A stretch of DNA of 64,000 nt from a virus. The translations under genes and the position numbers were made by a program. Shown one piece after another: positions 29,250 through 38,222 of this stretch (position 1 is its first letter; each line of letters starts with the position of its first letter). The stretch spans positions 88,892 through 152,891 of IMG/VR virus record IMGVR_UViG_3300045988_066369. The stretch is one strand, 5' to 3'. The notes under the pieces were generated by a model. The model ran no database searches, had not been told where the DNA came from, and worked only from the letters and a program-made list of their open reading frames with translations.

Positions 29250-29293
29250 CTAACTCACAATTAGTTGCTCTGACCGGACTGAGCTATAGGTCC
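29250..29293 (-). pseudogene. 5' two-thirds of a tRNA-His(GTG)-like gene (acceptor ggaccta, D-arm gctc-agtccggtcag-agc, anticodon arm actaa-ttgtgag-ttaga), separated from its 3' part by inserted tRNA-like + HNH gene
   Basis: Hand fold; a complete canonical tRNA-His(GTG) exists separately at 35780-35854. Confidence 0.45.
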
Positions 29294-29299
29294 TAAATA

Positions 29300-29503
29300 T
29301 TATTCGTATGCACTTATTGATTTGCATTCAAATATTACCGTCAGAACATCGCTTGGTTTTATATTAAACTTAGCAAATTCTAGCATCAACTTTTCCATTT
29401 CTTCTACGGAATGTGTTTCTCCTATGATACTTTTTCTATCTATAGAAGTTTGAAAATTGGCAAACAATTCTGTAACTAAACAACTATTAATTATTACTCT
29501 CAT
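29300..29503 (-). CDS. hypothetical protein
   Basis: 67 aa ORF. Confidence 0.3.
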   Translation of the reverse strand: MRVIINSCLVTELFANFQTSIDRKSIIGETHSVEEMEKLMLEFAKFNIKPSDVLTVIFECKSISAYE

Positions 29504-29650
29504 TTCTTACTATTATTTGTTCTTCTGGTTTTAACTTTTCTGCTGCATCAGAGTGTAGCTTACCACACCAACAAACTCCGAATGAATTTTCTCGAACTTT
29601 ACATTTACCTTTGTCACAAAACTTGACAACCTTTCTATAATCTTCTGGCT

Positions 29651-29977
29651 TCATAATTTAGAACGTATATCGTTAATTAACGCTTGAATCATATGAGTTT
29701 GTTCTCTCCATTTGTAATGAAATTCAAGACTGTTAGACTCTTCTTCGGTTAATGGAATATGAAATAATATCTTGTGGTGTATATTTTTAAACCATTTCCT
29801 CTCAAGCTTCCTACTTTCCTTAGTTCCTACCTCATATCCTCTCTTAGATTTACGGTTCTTAGAACGACCACGTGCCCAACCAAATTGTTTGCCATCATTC
29901 ACCCATTTCCAGTCTGCTCTGGCTTCTTTTTGCCTAAGCCTCTTGTTAATGATATTAATCTTTTCTATCTCTTCCAT
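29651..29977 (-). CDS. hypothetical basic protein (start trimmed to Met37 to avoid tRNA-Gln)
   Basis: Track ORF 29651..30085 runs into tRNA at 29992-30063. Confidence 0.4.
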   Translation of the reverse strand: MEEIEKINIINKRLRQKEARADWKWVNDGKQFGWARGRSKNRKSKRGYEVGTKESRKLERKWFKNIHHKILFHIPLTEEESNSLEFHYKWREQTHMIQALINDIRSKL

Positions 29978-29991
29978 ATTTGTTAATTTTG

Positions 29992-30063
29992 TTGGGCTAC
30001 TAGGACTCGAACCTAGACTGACAGAATCAAAATCTGTAGTGCTAACCATTACACCATAGCCCA
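29992..30063 (-). tRNA. tRNA-Gln (anticodon TTG)
   Basis: Acceptor tgggcta/tagccca, D-arm tggtgtaatggttagcac, anticodon stem acaga/tctgt loop ttttgat, T-arm ctagg-ttcgagt-cctag. Confidence 0.75.
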
Positions 30064-30127
30064 ATTTTGGCTTAGCTATTCTCACGAACCACTAAGTCTA
30101 TTTACCATGAAAAACACACAATGCAAG

Positions 30128-30204
30128 TGGGACGAGGCAGGATCGAACTGCCGCTAACGTCCTGGATTTTCAGTCCAGCGCTCTACCTACTGAGCTATCG
30201 TCCC
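30128..30204 (-). tRNA. tRNA-Phe (anticodon GAA)
   Basis: Acceptor gggacga/tcgtccc, D-arm gctc-agtaggtag-agc, anticodon stem ctgga/tccag loop ctgaaaa, T-arm ggcag-ttcgatc-ctgcc. Confidence 0.75.
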
Positions 30205-30459
30205 ATGTCCGTTTATAATATATAGGCATAGATGAAGTAAACGGATAAAACCTTCATCTATGGAAAAGAGTCCCAAAGCAAGTTATGCATTTCCGAGTAT
30301 GTTACGCACGTACTAAGGCGACTTCAACGGACTTAAGGTTATTAGCATTGCGCACTACTAATAACGTTTTGCTGGATTTATCCCTCAGCCATCCACTCTA
30401 TATACTACATAAGGGGTCTATGCAGTCGATAGTCTACTAAGTGCACTTTCAACTATCAG

Positions 30460-30714
30460 TTATTCCAATTCTAGTATTTTTTTGTTCCACCAGTTAGTTA
30501 AATCCTGTAAAGAAAACTTAAATTCTTTTTCAAAGTCTTCTAACGGAACAACTTCTTCTCCTACTTCTATAGCCCACTGCCAACACGCTTCTACTTCTGC
30601 TAGTTCAATAGGCTCCTCACATAGCCAAGTATCATCTAGAAGCATACTGAGAAATTCTTTATGAAGGCTTCTAAATATTTCAATTTTATCTTCCATGAAC
30701 TTTATGATTTTCAT
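30460..30714 (-). CDS. hypothetical protein
   Basis: 84 aa ORF. Confidence 0.35.
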   Translation of the reverse strand: MKIIKFMEDKIEIFRSLHKEFLSMLLDDTWLCEEPIELAEVEACWQWAIEVGEEVVPLEDFEKEFKFSLQDLTNWWNKKILELE

Positions 30715-31105
30715 CCTGATTCACGAACTCTGCCTTAAGTTTATCCTTATAAAGCGGAATAATAGTATCAGCAGAATCAGTAAAACAAAAGTATTGTCCA
30801 TTACTAAGTCTCTGGAAACGGATATACTTTATCCACCAATGGTCAATAGAATCCAATACCAAATGCCTCCAGTCTCCCTCACCACCCGATGCAGTCTCTA
30901 AACTCTTTAGTAAGGGAATAATCTCGTCCTTATTAAACGAACATTGTTCTACTATAATTCTATTCTTTTTCAGGAATTTATTTAATACTTTCCAAGGTTG
31001 ACTTATAGTATCATAAGTAACCATATAAAAATCTCTTGTATCGCAGTGTGCACATTCAAAATCGGATAGCTCTGCGATTGAATCTATGTATTTCCATTCG
31101 CTCAT
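30686..31105 (-). CDS. hypothetical protein
   Basis: 139 aa ORF. Confidence 0.4.
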   Translation of the reverse strand: MSEWKYIDSIAELSDFECAHCDTRDFYMVTYDTISQPWKVLNKFLKKNRIIVEQCSFNKDEIIPLLKSLETASGGEGDWRHLVLDSIDHWWIKYIRFQRLSNGQYFCFTDSADTIIPLYKDKLKAEFVNQDENHKVHGR

Positions 31106-31129
31106 ATCTAATAATTATTTAAGTTAATG

Positions 31130-31217
31130 CGGAGGCAGCTGGATTCGAACCAGCGGGACCCTTTTGAGGCCCGGAGTCTTAGCAGGACTCTGGTTTAGAC
31201 CGCTCACCCATACCTCC
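31130..31217 (-). tRNA. tRNA-Ser (anticodon GCT), type II
   Basis: Acceptor ggaggta/tgcctcc, anticodon stem gagtc/gactc loop ctgctaa, long variable arm, T-arm gctgg-ttcgaat-ccagc. Confidence 0.7.
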
Positions 31218-31277
31218 AAATTGCGAAGGGGCTTTTGTTATACTTTACTAATTCTTTGTAAAGCCCCTTCGCTGTGA

Positions 31278-33236
31278 TTACTTCACTTCTTCAAACTCAG
31301 TAGCTTCTACTTGCTTCTTTCCGAACATTTCCTTTACTGTGTCAGCGAAAGGAATAGAACGTAATAAGTCAAGAGCAGGATTCAAGTTCTCAGCAGTCTT
31401 AGCCATGAAATTACCAGCGGTATTCTCATTACCATAAACAGTAACCTGTCCAAGGTGAATGTGTTCAAACATCTGAGCAGATGCCTGAGCAATACCGGCC
31501 AATTGGTCAACAGTCTTGTACTGAACCACCATTTGTGGAGTCAAGCCAGATTCAATCATCTTCTCAACTGCCAAGGCTGGAGCCATTTCGATAGCTTGAA
31601 CCTTATCAGCTTCTGCCATCAATGATGCTCTCTTACCTTCAGCTTCAGCAAGCAATTTCTTGCGAGTACCTTCTGCCTCTGCTTCTAACTGCAGTTTAGT
31701 AGCGTCAGCTTTCGCTTCTGCTTCTTTCAAAATCTTTGCAGCTTCTGCTTCTGCTTCCAATACCGCTTTGGCTTTAATTGCTTCTGCTTCAATAGTTACT
31801 CTCTCTTTTTGTTTCTGAGCAGGAACAATCATTTCAGCTTGAAGTTTTGCTTCCTCTGCCTTAGCAGCAGCTTCGTTAACCTCAATCTGGCGTTCTTGTT
31901 CTGTTTTGGCTACAGCCATTCTTGCTTCTACTTTAGAAGTACCAGCTACCTTTTCTGCTTCAGCTTGTGCCTGTGCAGCTTCTCCTTTTGCCTTTGATAC
32001 TTCAATAGTTGCTTTCTGCTCAGCTACTCCAGCTTGCTTGTCAGCTTCTGCAGCCTTAATTCTCTTCTGAGACTCATACTCTGCAGTAGCAGCTTCTTGC
32101 TCATTAATTGCTTTCTGAGTGTCTGCTTCCTGCTTTTGCTTAGCTTGAGCAATACGAGTTTGCTTCAGAGCTTCAGCTTCAGCTTTCTTAGAATCTGCTT
32201 CTGCCTTAGCTTTAGCTACATTAGCTTCTGCTTCTGCGTCAGCAGCAGCTTTCTTAGAAGCAGCCTCTGAAGCGGATTTCGCTACATTAGCTATTCTCTG
32301 AGATTCAGCTTCAGCTTTAGCTGATTCTGCTTGAGTGTTTGCACGAGCAATACTAGCTTCTTGTTCCGCCTTCTGTTCAGCGATACCAGCTTGTTTGTTC
32401 TTTTCTGCTTCTGCCAAGCGAATAGCTTTCTCCTGATTAATCTCAGCAACCTTTACTTCCTGTTCTTGCTTAGTTTGAGCAACTGTAGTTTCTCTTTCCT
32501 TTTCAGCATCGGCTACGGCAATCTCACGCTGTTTGTTGGTTTCTGCAATCTGAATATCTCCTTTCTTCTTCTCTTCTGCAATGTCAGCCTGTGCCTGAGC
32601 AAGAGCTTTAGTTGCAGCTTTCTGACCAAGATTCTTGATATAGTTTGCATCGTCCGAGATATCAGCGTTGTTAATATTGATAATACTGAAACCTACCTTG
32701 TTCAACTCAGTTTCAATATTCTCTTTTGCCTTGCCGATAAATTTGATTCTATCAGCATTTATTTCCTCAATCGTCATTGTTGCCATCAAGCTTCTCACTT
32801 CACCAATGAGAATATCCTTGATTTGGTCTGAGATTTCAGAAGTTTTAGCTGTTAAGAATCTGCTTGCAGCGTTTTGCATTAGTACTTGATCGGTTCCTAT
32901 ACCAGTAGTTAATGTCACAGGAATCCTAACCTTAATCATTTGGCTGGATACTCCCTCTACCATTACCTGAATCTGAATAGGTTTCAAGGACATTTTAGCC
33001 CAGTCTTGAATGACAGGCATTACGAATGTACCTCCGCCGTGGATGATTTTAGACGGCAGTATAACTTCCTCCGTTTTACCAGTCTTCTCGTTAACTACCT
33101 TCTTCTTTCCTGCCTTACCAAATACTACCAGGATTTCATCACTAGCACACTTACGATACCGAGACAAAAGTCCGATAAAAGTTACAACTACTAAGAGTAC
33201 AATAACACCCGCTACAATAAGAGTTTCTGTTGTCAT
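31278..33236 (-). CDS. flotillin-like SPFH/band-7 protein (YqiK/FloT-like) with N-terminal TM and long Ala/Glu/Lys-rich coiled coil
   Basis: 652 aa; TM LIVAGVIVLLVVVTFIGLL, SPFH core, then AEAEANVAKAKAEADSKKAEAEALKQ-type repeats. Confidence 0.65.
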   Translation of the reverse strand: MTTETLIVAGVIVLLVVVTFIGLLSRYRKCASDEILVVFGKAGKKKVVNEKTGKTEEVILPSKIIHGGGTFVMPVIQDWAKMSLKPIQIQVMVEGVSSQMIKVRIPVTLTTGIGTDQVLMQNAASRFLTAKTSEISDQIKDILIGEVRSLMATMTIEEINADRIKFIGKAKENIETELNKVGFSIININNADISDDANYIKNLGQKAATKALAQAQADIAEEKKKGDIQIAETNKQREIAVADAEKERETTVAQTKQEQEVKVAEINQEKAIRLAEAEKNKQAGIAEQKAEQEASIARANTQAESAKAEAESQRIANVAKSASEAASKKAAADAEAEANVAKAKAEADSKKAEAEALKQTRIAQAKQKQEADTQKAINEQEAATAEYESQKRIKAAEADKQAGVAEQKATIEVSKAKGEAAQAQAEAEKVAGTSKVEARMAVAKTEQERQIEVNEAAAKAEEAKLQAEMIVPAQKQKERVTIEAEAIKAKAVLEAEAEAAKILKEAEAKADATKLQLEAEAEGTRKKLLAEAEGKRASLMAEADKVQAIEMAPALAVEKMIESGLTPQMVVQYKTVDQLAGIAQASAQMFEHIHLGQVTVYGNENTAGNFMAKTAENLNPALDLLRSIPFADTVKEMFGKKQVEATEFEEVK

Positions 33237-33251
33237 CTTTAAAAATTCTTT

Positions 33252-33779
33252 TTAGTTAAAATAATACTTTCCATTCTCAAATTTTGAAATTCTCACTTTG
33301 TCCCCGTTTTTATACGTCTTATGCTCTTCTTCAGCATAAGCTGACAATTCTTGAAGCATTCCATTTATCTCAACTAAGATAACAGAACTACCACCAGAAA
33401 TATCATTAGGGATAGTGATTGTTCCAATTCTCCCAACTAAGGCTTCACCCTTTTCAGGAATAACTTGATGTTGGAGTTTTAAACAAAGTTTATATAAGTA
33501 GTAAAGTATAATCACAAAAAGAATACCGCATATTAATGCGATTAAATAATCGTACCATTCTATAGAATGAGAAACGGAATGCTTAATACAAAGCCATCCA
33601 CTTGCTCCCATTACAAAATGTACTAGTCCTTTAAAAGAGACAATATCACTCACATCCATGTCCAATTCTCCATCTAAATCTACATCTAAGTCAGTGTCGC
33701 CACCAAACCAAGAGAGTATGAACTGAACAATAAAAATGCCATACGAAATGGCTGCTAAGAGATAATAAGTTTCGCTCAT
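33252..33779 (-). CDS. NfeD-like membrane protein (YqiJ-like partner of flotillin) with C-terminal OB-fold region
   Basis: 175 aa; multiple TM helices then soluble C-terminal domain; located directly upstream of (same strand as) the flotillin gene as in yqiJK operons. Confidence 0.5.
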   Translation of the reverse strand: MSETYYLLAAISYGIFIVQFILSWFGGDTDLDVDLDGELDMDVSDIVSFKGLVHFVMGASGWLCIKHSVSHSIEWYDYLIALICGILFVIILYYLYKLCLKLQHQVIPEKGEALVGRIGTITIPNDISGGSSVILVEINGMLQELSAYAEEEHKTYKNGDKVRISKFENGKYYFN

Positions 33780-33994
33780 TGTAATTTACATAACCCTCCT
33801 TGAGTCGTATTATGAAGTACGTAATACACTCTCCCAGGAACGGAGACTCTATAGACATTCATGTGACTATTAGGGTCGGTATATACCTTTATAACCGAAA
33901 AATGATTTCGGTCTTCCCTAGAAGTAAACGAACAACAGACTGCCGTAACTATTGCTACAACAGCCATCATACAAATTAATCTAATTCTCTTCAT
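33776..33994 (-). CDS. small secreted protein (signal peptide)
   Basis: 72 aa; MKRIRLICMMAVVAIVTAVCCS. Confidence 0.35.
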   Translation of the reverse strand: MKRIRLICMMAVVAIVTAVCCSFTSREDRNHFSVIKVYTDPNSHMNVYRVSVPGRVYYVLHNTTQGGLCKLQ

Positions 33995-34017
33995 AAGTTT
34001 TTAGTTATTGATATTTG

Positions 34018-34090
34018 CATAGGATAAAGGATTCGAACCCTTACCTTCGGTTTTGGAGACCGACGTGCTAACCGTTAACACCAATCCTAT
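34018..34090 (-). tRNA. tRNA-Trp (anticodon CCA)
   Basis: Acceptor ataggat/atcctat, anticodon stem tcggt/accga loop ctccaaa, T-arm aaggg-ttcgaat-ccttt. Confidence 0.7.
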
Positions 34091-34099
34091 AGTTAATTG

Positions 34100-34189
34100 C
34101 GGAAGGACAGGGATTCGAACCCTGGGGACGTTTTACCGCCCGACGGTTTTCAAGACCGTTGCATTAAACCTGACTCTGCCACCCTTCCA
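34100..34189 (-). tRNA. tRNA-Ser (anticodon TGA), type II
   Basis: Acceptor ggaaggg/tccttcc, anticodon stem acggt/accgt loop cttgaaa, long variable arm, T-arm caggg-ttcgaat-ccctg. Confidence 0.7.
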
Positions 34190-35014
34190 AAGGGCTAACC
34201 AATTAGTTAGCCTAACATACATCCAAGAAGCAATAATACACAGAATATAGCTAGAATACACCAGCCTATAGCCTGGACTGCTCCTCAGCCAAATACACAA
34301 ATCATAGAAGAAATAAAGAATACTGCACCACCGACTACACTTATCCATCCGCCAGCATCGTCTTTAGATAGTTTTCCTCTTCCAGTTATTAGTAAAAATA
34401 GAGATATTCCTAACAGTAGTATACCTATTACGACTCCAGCTATCTCCTTATATAGTAATTTCCATACTACAAATAGTTATCGCTGTTTGTCCTAGATTAG
34501 ATTTCAGATATTCTTATAGCCGAATCTTCAACTGCCTTTAGTGTCTCATTTACTGCAACTCCAAATCTCTTTTTTCCGAGACTTGCATATTCAGATACTT
34601 CTTTGATTTCTCCTTTTATAGCCTTCTCGGTAGTTATTTTTCTCGATTTGGGTTCTACGTCTCTCCAGGCAACCTATCATAATCTTCTTGAGATATGGTT
34701 ATTTGAGAGAATGAGGCTACACTCATAAAGAGCATAGCCACAATAAGCATTAAAAAATTTCTTCATTTGTTTAGTACTCTTCTTTATAACTATTCCTGTT
34801 TCCATTGCACATACTACATGATTCGGTATCACAAAGAGCACCTGGACCTAGTGTAAGGATGCCTAAATACAACTCTAGACCCAGCTGACATCTTTTACTT
34901 GACCAATTCCATCACAATTTGGGCAATATATCTCTTCATACTTTATGGTATCAGTTTGATTGTGATTTACTACCTTATCGTGTGTGCATGAGGCAAGCAA
35001 TAGTAGAATTACAA

Positions 35015-35575
35015 TTAGTCTAGCCATTCAAATTCTCCTACATTGAAGTGTCTGGCAAAACAAGCTTCGAATACGAGTTTGCCAAACTGAGTTGATACAT
35101 ATTTGGCAATCTCCTCAGATTTGCACGCAAGCAACCCGACAAGGGAATCGGCATTGCCGACGCCATTGTGAGAACTGAAATAGCCGAGACCCGCATCGCC
35201 GCCATCATCCGCGAAGCCGCCCACCAACGCGAATTTCTCGCCCTGATAACGGAAGTGTCCAATGACCTCTGCATCTTTCGGTACTGATTTCATTCTAAAG
35301 AACCGAACCCAAGGATACCATACAGTTCCAGTTAATAGATTAAACTTATGTCCTTCGTTTAAGGCATCGAGAATGACGTGCAATTTGCGCAAAGCATCAA
35401 CAGAGAAATTTGCAGGAACATTACCATAGACATCTCTACTCATGATTTTACAAGCATCTTCGTAAGTCTGTACCCTTGCAGTAATGTCTTCAGACACAAT
35501 TTCTACTTTTCCAGTCTCTGCATTGTAAACTGGTTTGTAACCATCAGGACATTCGATTTCAATTGTCTTTTTCAT
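35015..35575 (-). CDS. hypothetical protein
   Basis: 186 aa ORF. Confidence 0.45.
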   Translation of the reverse strand: MKKTIEIECPDGYKPVYNAETGKVEIVSEDITARVQTYEDACKIMSRDVYGNVPANFSVDALRKLHVILDALNEGHKFNLLTGTVWYPWVRFFRMKSVPKDAEVIGHFRYQGEKFALVGGFADDGGDAGLGYFSSHNGVGNADSLVGLLACKSEEIAKYVSTQFGKLVFEACFARHFNVGEFEWLD

Positions 35576-35779
35576 TCGTTGTAATTTTTAATAAAACACC
35601 AATAGGTAATTATGTAAATTATAGATATTACACAAAACCAAAATAATTTTCTATCTTTCATAATATAATTAATAAGAGTTCCGATTCTTCACTTATTCAG
35701 ACTTTCCTAAGACTCTACACTATGTCGAGATAACACTGTACATCTGCCAATTTGTTGATCGTTCTGGGAATTATACTAT

Positions 35780-35854
35780 GGGTGTTATAGCGGATTTGAA
35801 CCGCTGACCTCTACAGCCACAATGTAGCGTTCTGCCAACTGAACTAATAACACC
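35780..35854 (-). tRNA. tRNA-His (anticodon GTG)
   Basis: Acceptor ggtgtta/taacacc, anticodon stem ctaca/tgtag loop ttgtggc, T-arm cagcg-gttcaaat-ccgct. Confidence 0.7.
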
Positions 35855-35864
35855 ATCTAATCAT

Positions 35865-36329
35865 TTATTCAAACAACGGCAATAACTTTTTACCAAGAAT
35901 CTTTACCGCTTTCTGTGCATCAGCTACAGTTCTAAAATAAACAATACCTGGATATTTTACGTTTTGATGCATGACGACGTACACTCCTTTTATATCAGTT
36001 TCCGTCTTTCCAGATAGAGAAGAACCTTTTCCAAGAAAATAGCCAGTATTACCTTCTGTTTTGATCCATCCTTTATTTAGATAGTTAGCAACTATTTGTA
36101 AACTAGCTAGAGAACTGAGTTGTTCTGTCATGCTTGGAGGACATACTAATGTATTCCAAAAACCATAATCTTCTTCAGACTCTACTATCTCTTTAAAGGA
36201 AGGAATTAGCATTTCCTCACTAAATGCAGTAAGAGCTAATTTCTTCAAGTCTTCATTACCGCTTTCATACCATTCGCGTGCCTGCTCTAAAGTTACCTCA
36301 AGATAGGCTTTTGTCTTAATTCTATTCAT
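35865..36329 (-). CDS. hypothetical protein
   Basis: 154 aa ORF. Confidence 0.4.
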   Translation of the reverse strand: MNRIKTKAYLEVTLEQAREWYESGNEDLKKLALTAFSEEMLIPSFKEIVESEEDYGFWNTLVCPPSMTEQLSSLASLQIVANYLNKGWIKTEGNTGYFLGKGSSLSGKTETDIKGVYVVMHQNVKYPGIVYFRTVADAQKAVKILGKKLLPLFE

Positions 36330-36571
36330 TTTTGTTTATTAGTTTTTAATGGACACCAATCCGGAATTAATACCCTTTCGTAAGGTCTTAACATTCCCTC
36401 AATTAGTTTATTCCCTGCTTCTTTACAAAGCGCTTTTTCATCATCGTCATTGAACCAGTCATCAGGGTCAGGAGCGATTCTACAATGAGGACATTCCCTA
36501 CACTGCGTAATTTCTTTTTGGAATATTACACTAGTACCAGATTTCTGGCAAGTATCCTTTTCCGTACTCAT
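36326..36571 (-). CDS. hypothetical Cys-rich small protein
   Basis: 81 aa ORF; CQKSG...CRECPHC... Confidence 0.35.
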   Translation of the reverse strand: MSTEKDTCQKSGTSVIFQKEITQCRECPHCRIAPDPDDWFNDDDEKALCKEAGNKLIEGMLRPYERVLIPDWCPLKTNKQK

Positions 36572-36598
36572 ACGTTGTCATTTTATTCTTATTTAAAG

Positions 36599-36793
36599 TT
36601 AAACTAAGCTCCATCCATCATTCCAGTAGGAATCCTGTCTGTCCATCCAAAATAACGATGAGTCAACTTTTACACCATCTTCGAACTCATATAGTCCGCT
36701 GGAATTTATAGTCACCCATTCGTCTTTACTAAAGTATCTATGCCTTACTTTCTTTCCTTCAGACATAGCTCTAATTGCTTCTTCTTTTGTCAT
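36599..36793 (-). CDS. hypothetical protein
   Basis: 64 aa ORF. Confidence 0.3.
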   Translation of the reverse strand: MTKEEAIRAMSEGKKVRHRYFSKDEWVTINSSGLYEFEDGVKVDSSLFWMDRQDSYWNDGWSLV

Positions 36794-36813
36794 AATCTAA
36801 TTAATTAAAATGT

Positions 36814-36899
36814 GTGGGATTGGGAGGACTCGAACCTCCAGTCTCAAAAGAGAGCAGATTTACAGTCTGCGCGGCTACCAATTACCGGTTACAATCCCA
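36814..36899 (-). tRNA. tRNA-Tyr (anticodon GTA), type II
   Basis: Acceptor tgggatt/aatccca, anticodon stem gcaga/tctgc loop ctgtaaa, long variable arm, T-arm ggagg-ttcgagt-cctcc. Confidence 0.7.
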
Positions 36900-36977
36900 A
36901 TTACGGACTCATTTTGTTAAGACAGAGATTCCGAAAGCCAACTGCTGCGTTTCATTCGCAAAGAGACTGATAGTAGT

Positions 36978-37199
36978 CTATCCAATAGTCTGCTTCCATA
37001 TCTTCAAAAATCTCTTTAAGCTCTTCGTCAGATAATCCTTCGTACTTATCTTCCATATAAATAACGTAAAAAATAAATAACTAAAATCTTCTTTAATTTT
37101 ATTAAGAAAGGACTGTTCATTATAGTATTCCCACAATAGATTATACTCATTATCATCTAAGTTAGAACAATATAGAATATAATTATTTAATTCTTTCAT
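36978..37199 (-). CDS. hypothetical protein
   Basis: 73 aa ORF. Confidence 0.3.
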   Translation of the reverse strand: MKELNNYILYCSNLDDNEYNLLWEYYNEQSFLNKIKEDFSYLFFTLFIWKISTKDYLTKSLKRFLKIWKQTIG

Positions 37200-37567
37200 A
37201 ATTTTCTCCTATTAAATAGATTAAAGTAACTTGCTGAATAAATATCACATAATGCTTTATACTTTTTAGGAACTGGGTAGTTAAAATCATCAAAAGCAGA
37301 TTCTTTAATAAATCCGTCTTTGAGAGCCATACTAGCAGTAGTAAAAGCAATGTTACATTTGTTCTTTTGTGCCCATGACATAATATCAGTCATTTTGGAA
37401 TTAAAGTACTCTTTGTCGTTTTCAAGTAGTAAATAGATTTCTACTCTACAAATAGCAGGATTATTAAATCCTTGTTTTCCCTGTCTTAATTCTATCTTAG
37501 ACACGAAATTTAAGTCTAACAAATCAGCTATTCTTTCCTTTGCGATAATTCTTGAAATTCTTATCAT
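37196..37567 (-). CDS. hypothetical protein
   Basis: 123 aa ORF. Confidence 0.4.
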   Translation of the reverse strand: MIRISRIIAKERIADLLDLNFVSKIELRQGKQGFNNPAICRVEIYLLLENDKEYFNSKMTDIMSWAQKNKCNIAFTTASMALKDGFIKESAFDDFNYPVPKKYKALCDIYSASYFNLFNRRKL

Positions 37568-37652
37568 CTTCGTAAAAATAAGTAAACCCTATAGTAGCTA
37601 TTATAGCTATTTCTAGAATAATAAATACTAAAAATCCTATTAACATATTCAT
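37524..37652 (-). CDS. small membrane protein (start trimmed; upstream part of track ORF is tRNA sequence)
   Basis: MNMLIGFLVFIILEIAIIATIGFTYF... Confidence 0.3.
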   Translation of the reverse strand: MNMLIGFLVFIILEIAIIATIGFTYFYEDDKNFKNYRKGKNS

Positions 37653-37660
37653 TAAATTTG

Positions 37661-37743
37661 TGGGAGTGGAAGGATTCGAACCTTCTAAGCCATAGGCACT
37701 TGATTTACAGTCAAGCCCAACTCTCCAACGTTGGCGCACTCCC
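37661..37743 (-). tRNA. second type-II tRNA with GTA anticodon (Tyr-like)
   Basis: Acceptor gggagtg/cactccc, D-arm ccaa-cgttggagag-ttgg, anticodon stem cttga/tcaag loop ctgtaaa, long variable arm, T-arm gaagg-ttcgaat-ccttc. Confidence 0.65.
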
Positions 37744-37950
37744 ATACAATTAACAGATTCGTTCTAATTAACATAGCTGTTACCGTTCTTCCATTTGGCA
37801 CCCCAAATCATCTAACAGCTAATAGCCGCAGTGCGTGGTAACGATATTAAGGACATTGCCTCTGTTAATCGGAGTAATCAGGGATTCATCTAAAAGGCAC
37901 CCTACAGTCCTAATTGCTGTACTAATAGTGAATGTTGATTACTTCTTGTC

Positions 37951-38019
37951 TGGATAGCAGGACCTGCGGTCTCTACATCCCAAATGTAGCATCTTACCAA
38001 CTCGACTATACCCAGATGC
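37951..38019 (-). tRNA. tRNA-like element, TGG anticodon arm (Pro-like) but no canonical T-loop
   Basis: Acceptor ctgggta/tatccag perfect, D-loop agttggtaa, anticodon stem ctaca/tgtag loop tttggga; T region is gcagg-t-cctgc. Confidence 0.3.
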
Positions 38020-38063
38020 AAACACGTGTTTCACAACAAATGTTTACTAGCGGAATAAAAGAA

Positions 38064-38124
38064 AAAGAGTGACTCCGCCGAGACTCCGATATTAAAAGTA
38101 TCGTGCTCTAACCAACTGAGTCAT
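38064..38124 (-). tRNA. tRNA-like element, TTT anticodon arm (Lys-like), atypical T-arm
   Basis: D-loop agttggttagagc, anticodon stem cgata/tatcg loop cttttaa, acceptor tgactc/gagtca. Confidence 0.3.
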
Positions 38125-38222
38125 TAATTTAGCCTCACTATCGTAGGGCTATAAGCTCCCAACGTCTGACTGTTACAGAAGGTTATTTCTCGAGCTAATA
38201 ACCTGTTTGTATGGAATTGACC

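Noticed and set aside
32000-32900. DNA-level tandem repeat in the flotillin gene
   Set aside because: The repetition is at the amino-acid level (AEAEAKA coiled coil) with varied codons, not a clean nucleotide tandem repeat.
31809-33255. Plus-strand Leu/Ser/Cys/Phe-rich ORFs (31809..31997, 32034..32270, 32331..32831 and similar)
   Set aside because: Antisense to the flotillin gene. The Ala/Glu codon repeats (GCN/GAR) read on the opposite strand give the low-complexity S/L/C/F strings.
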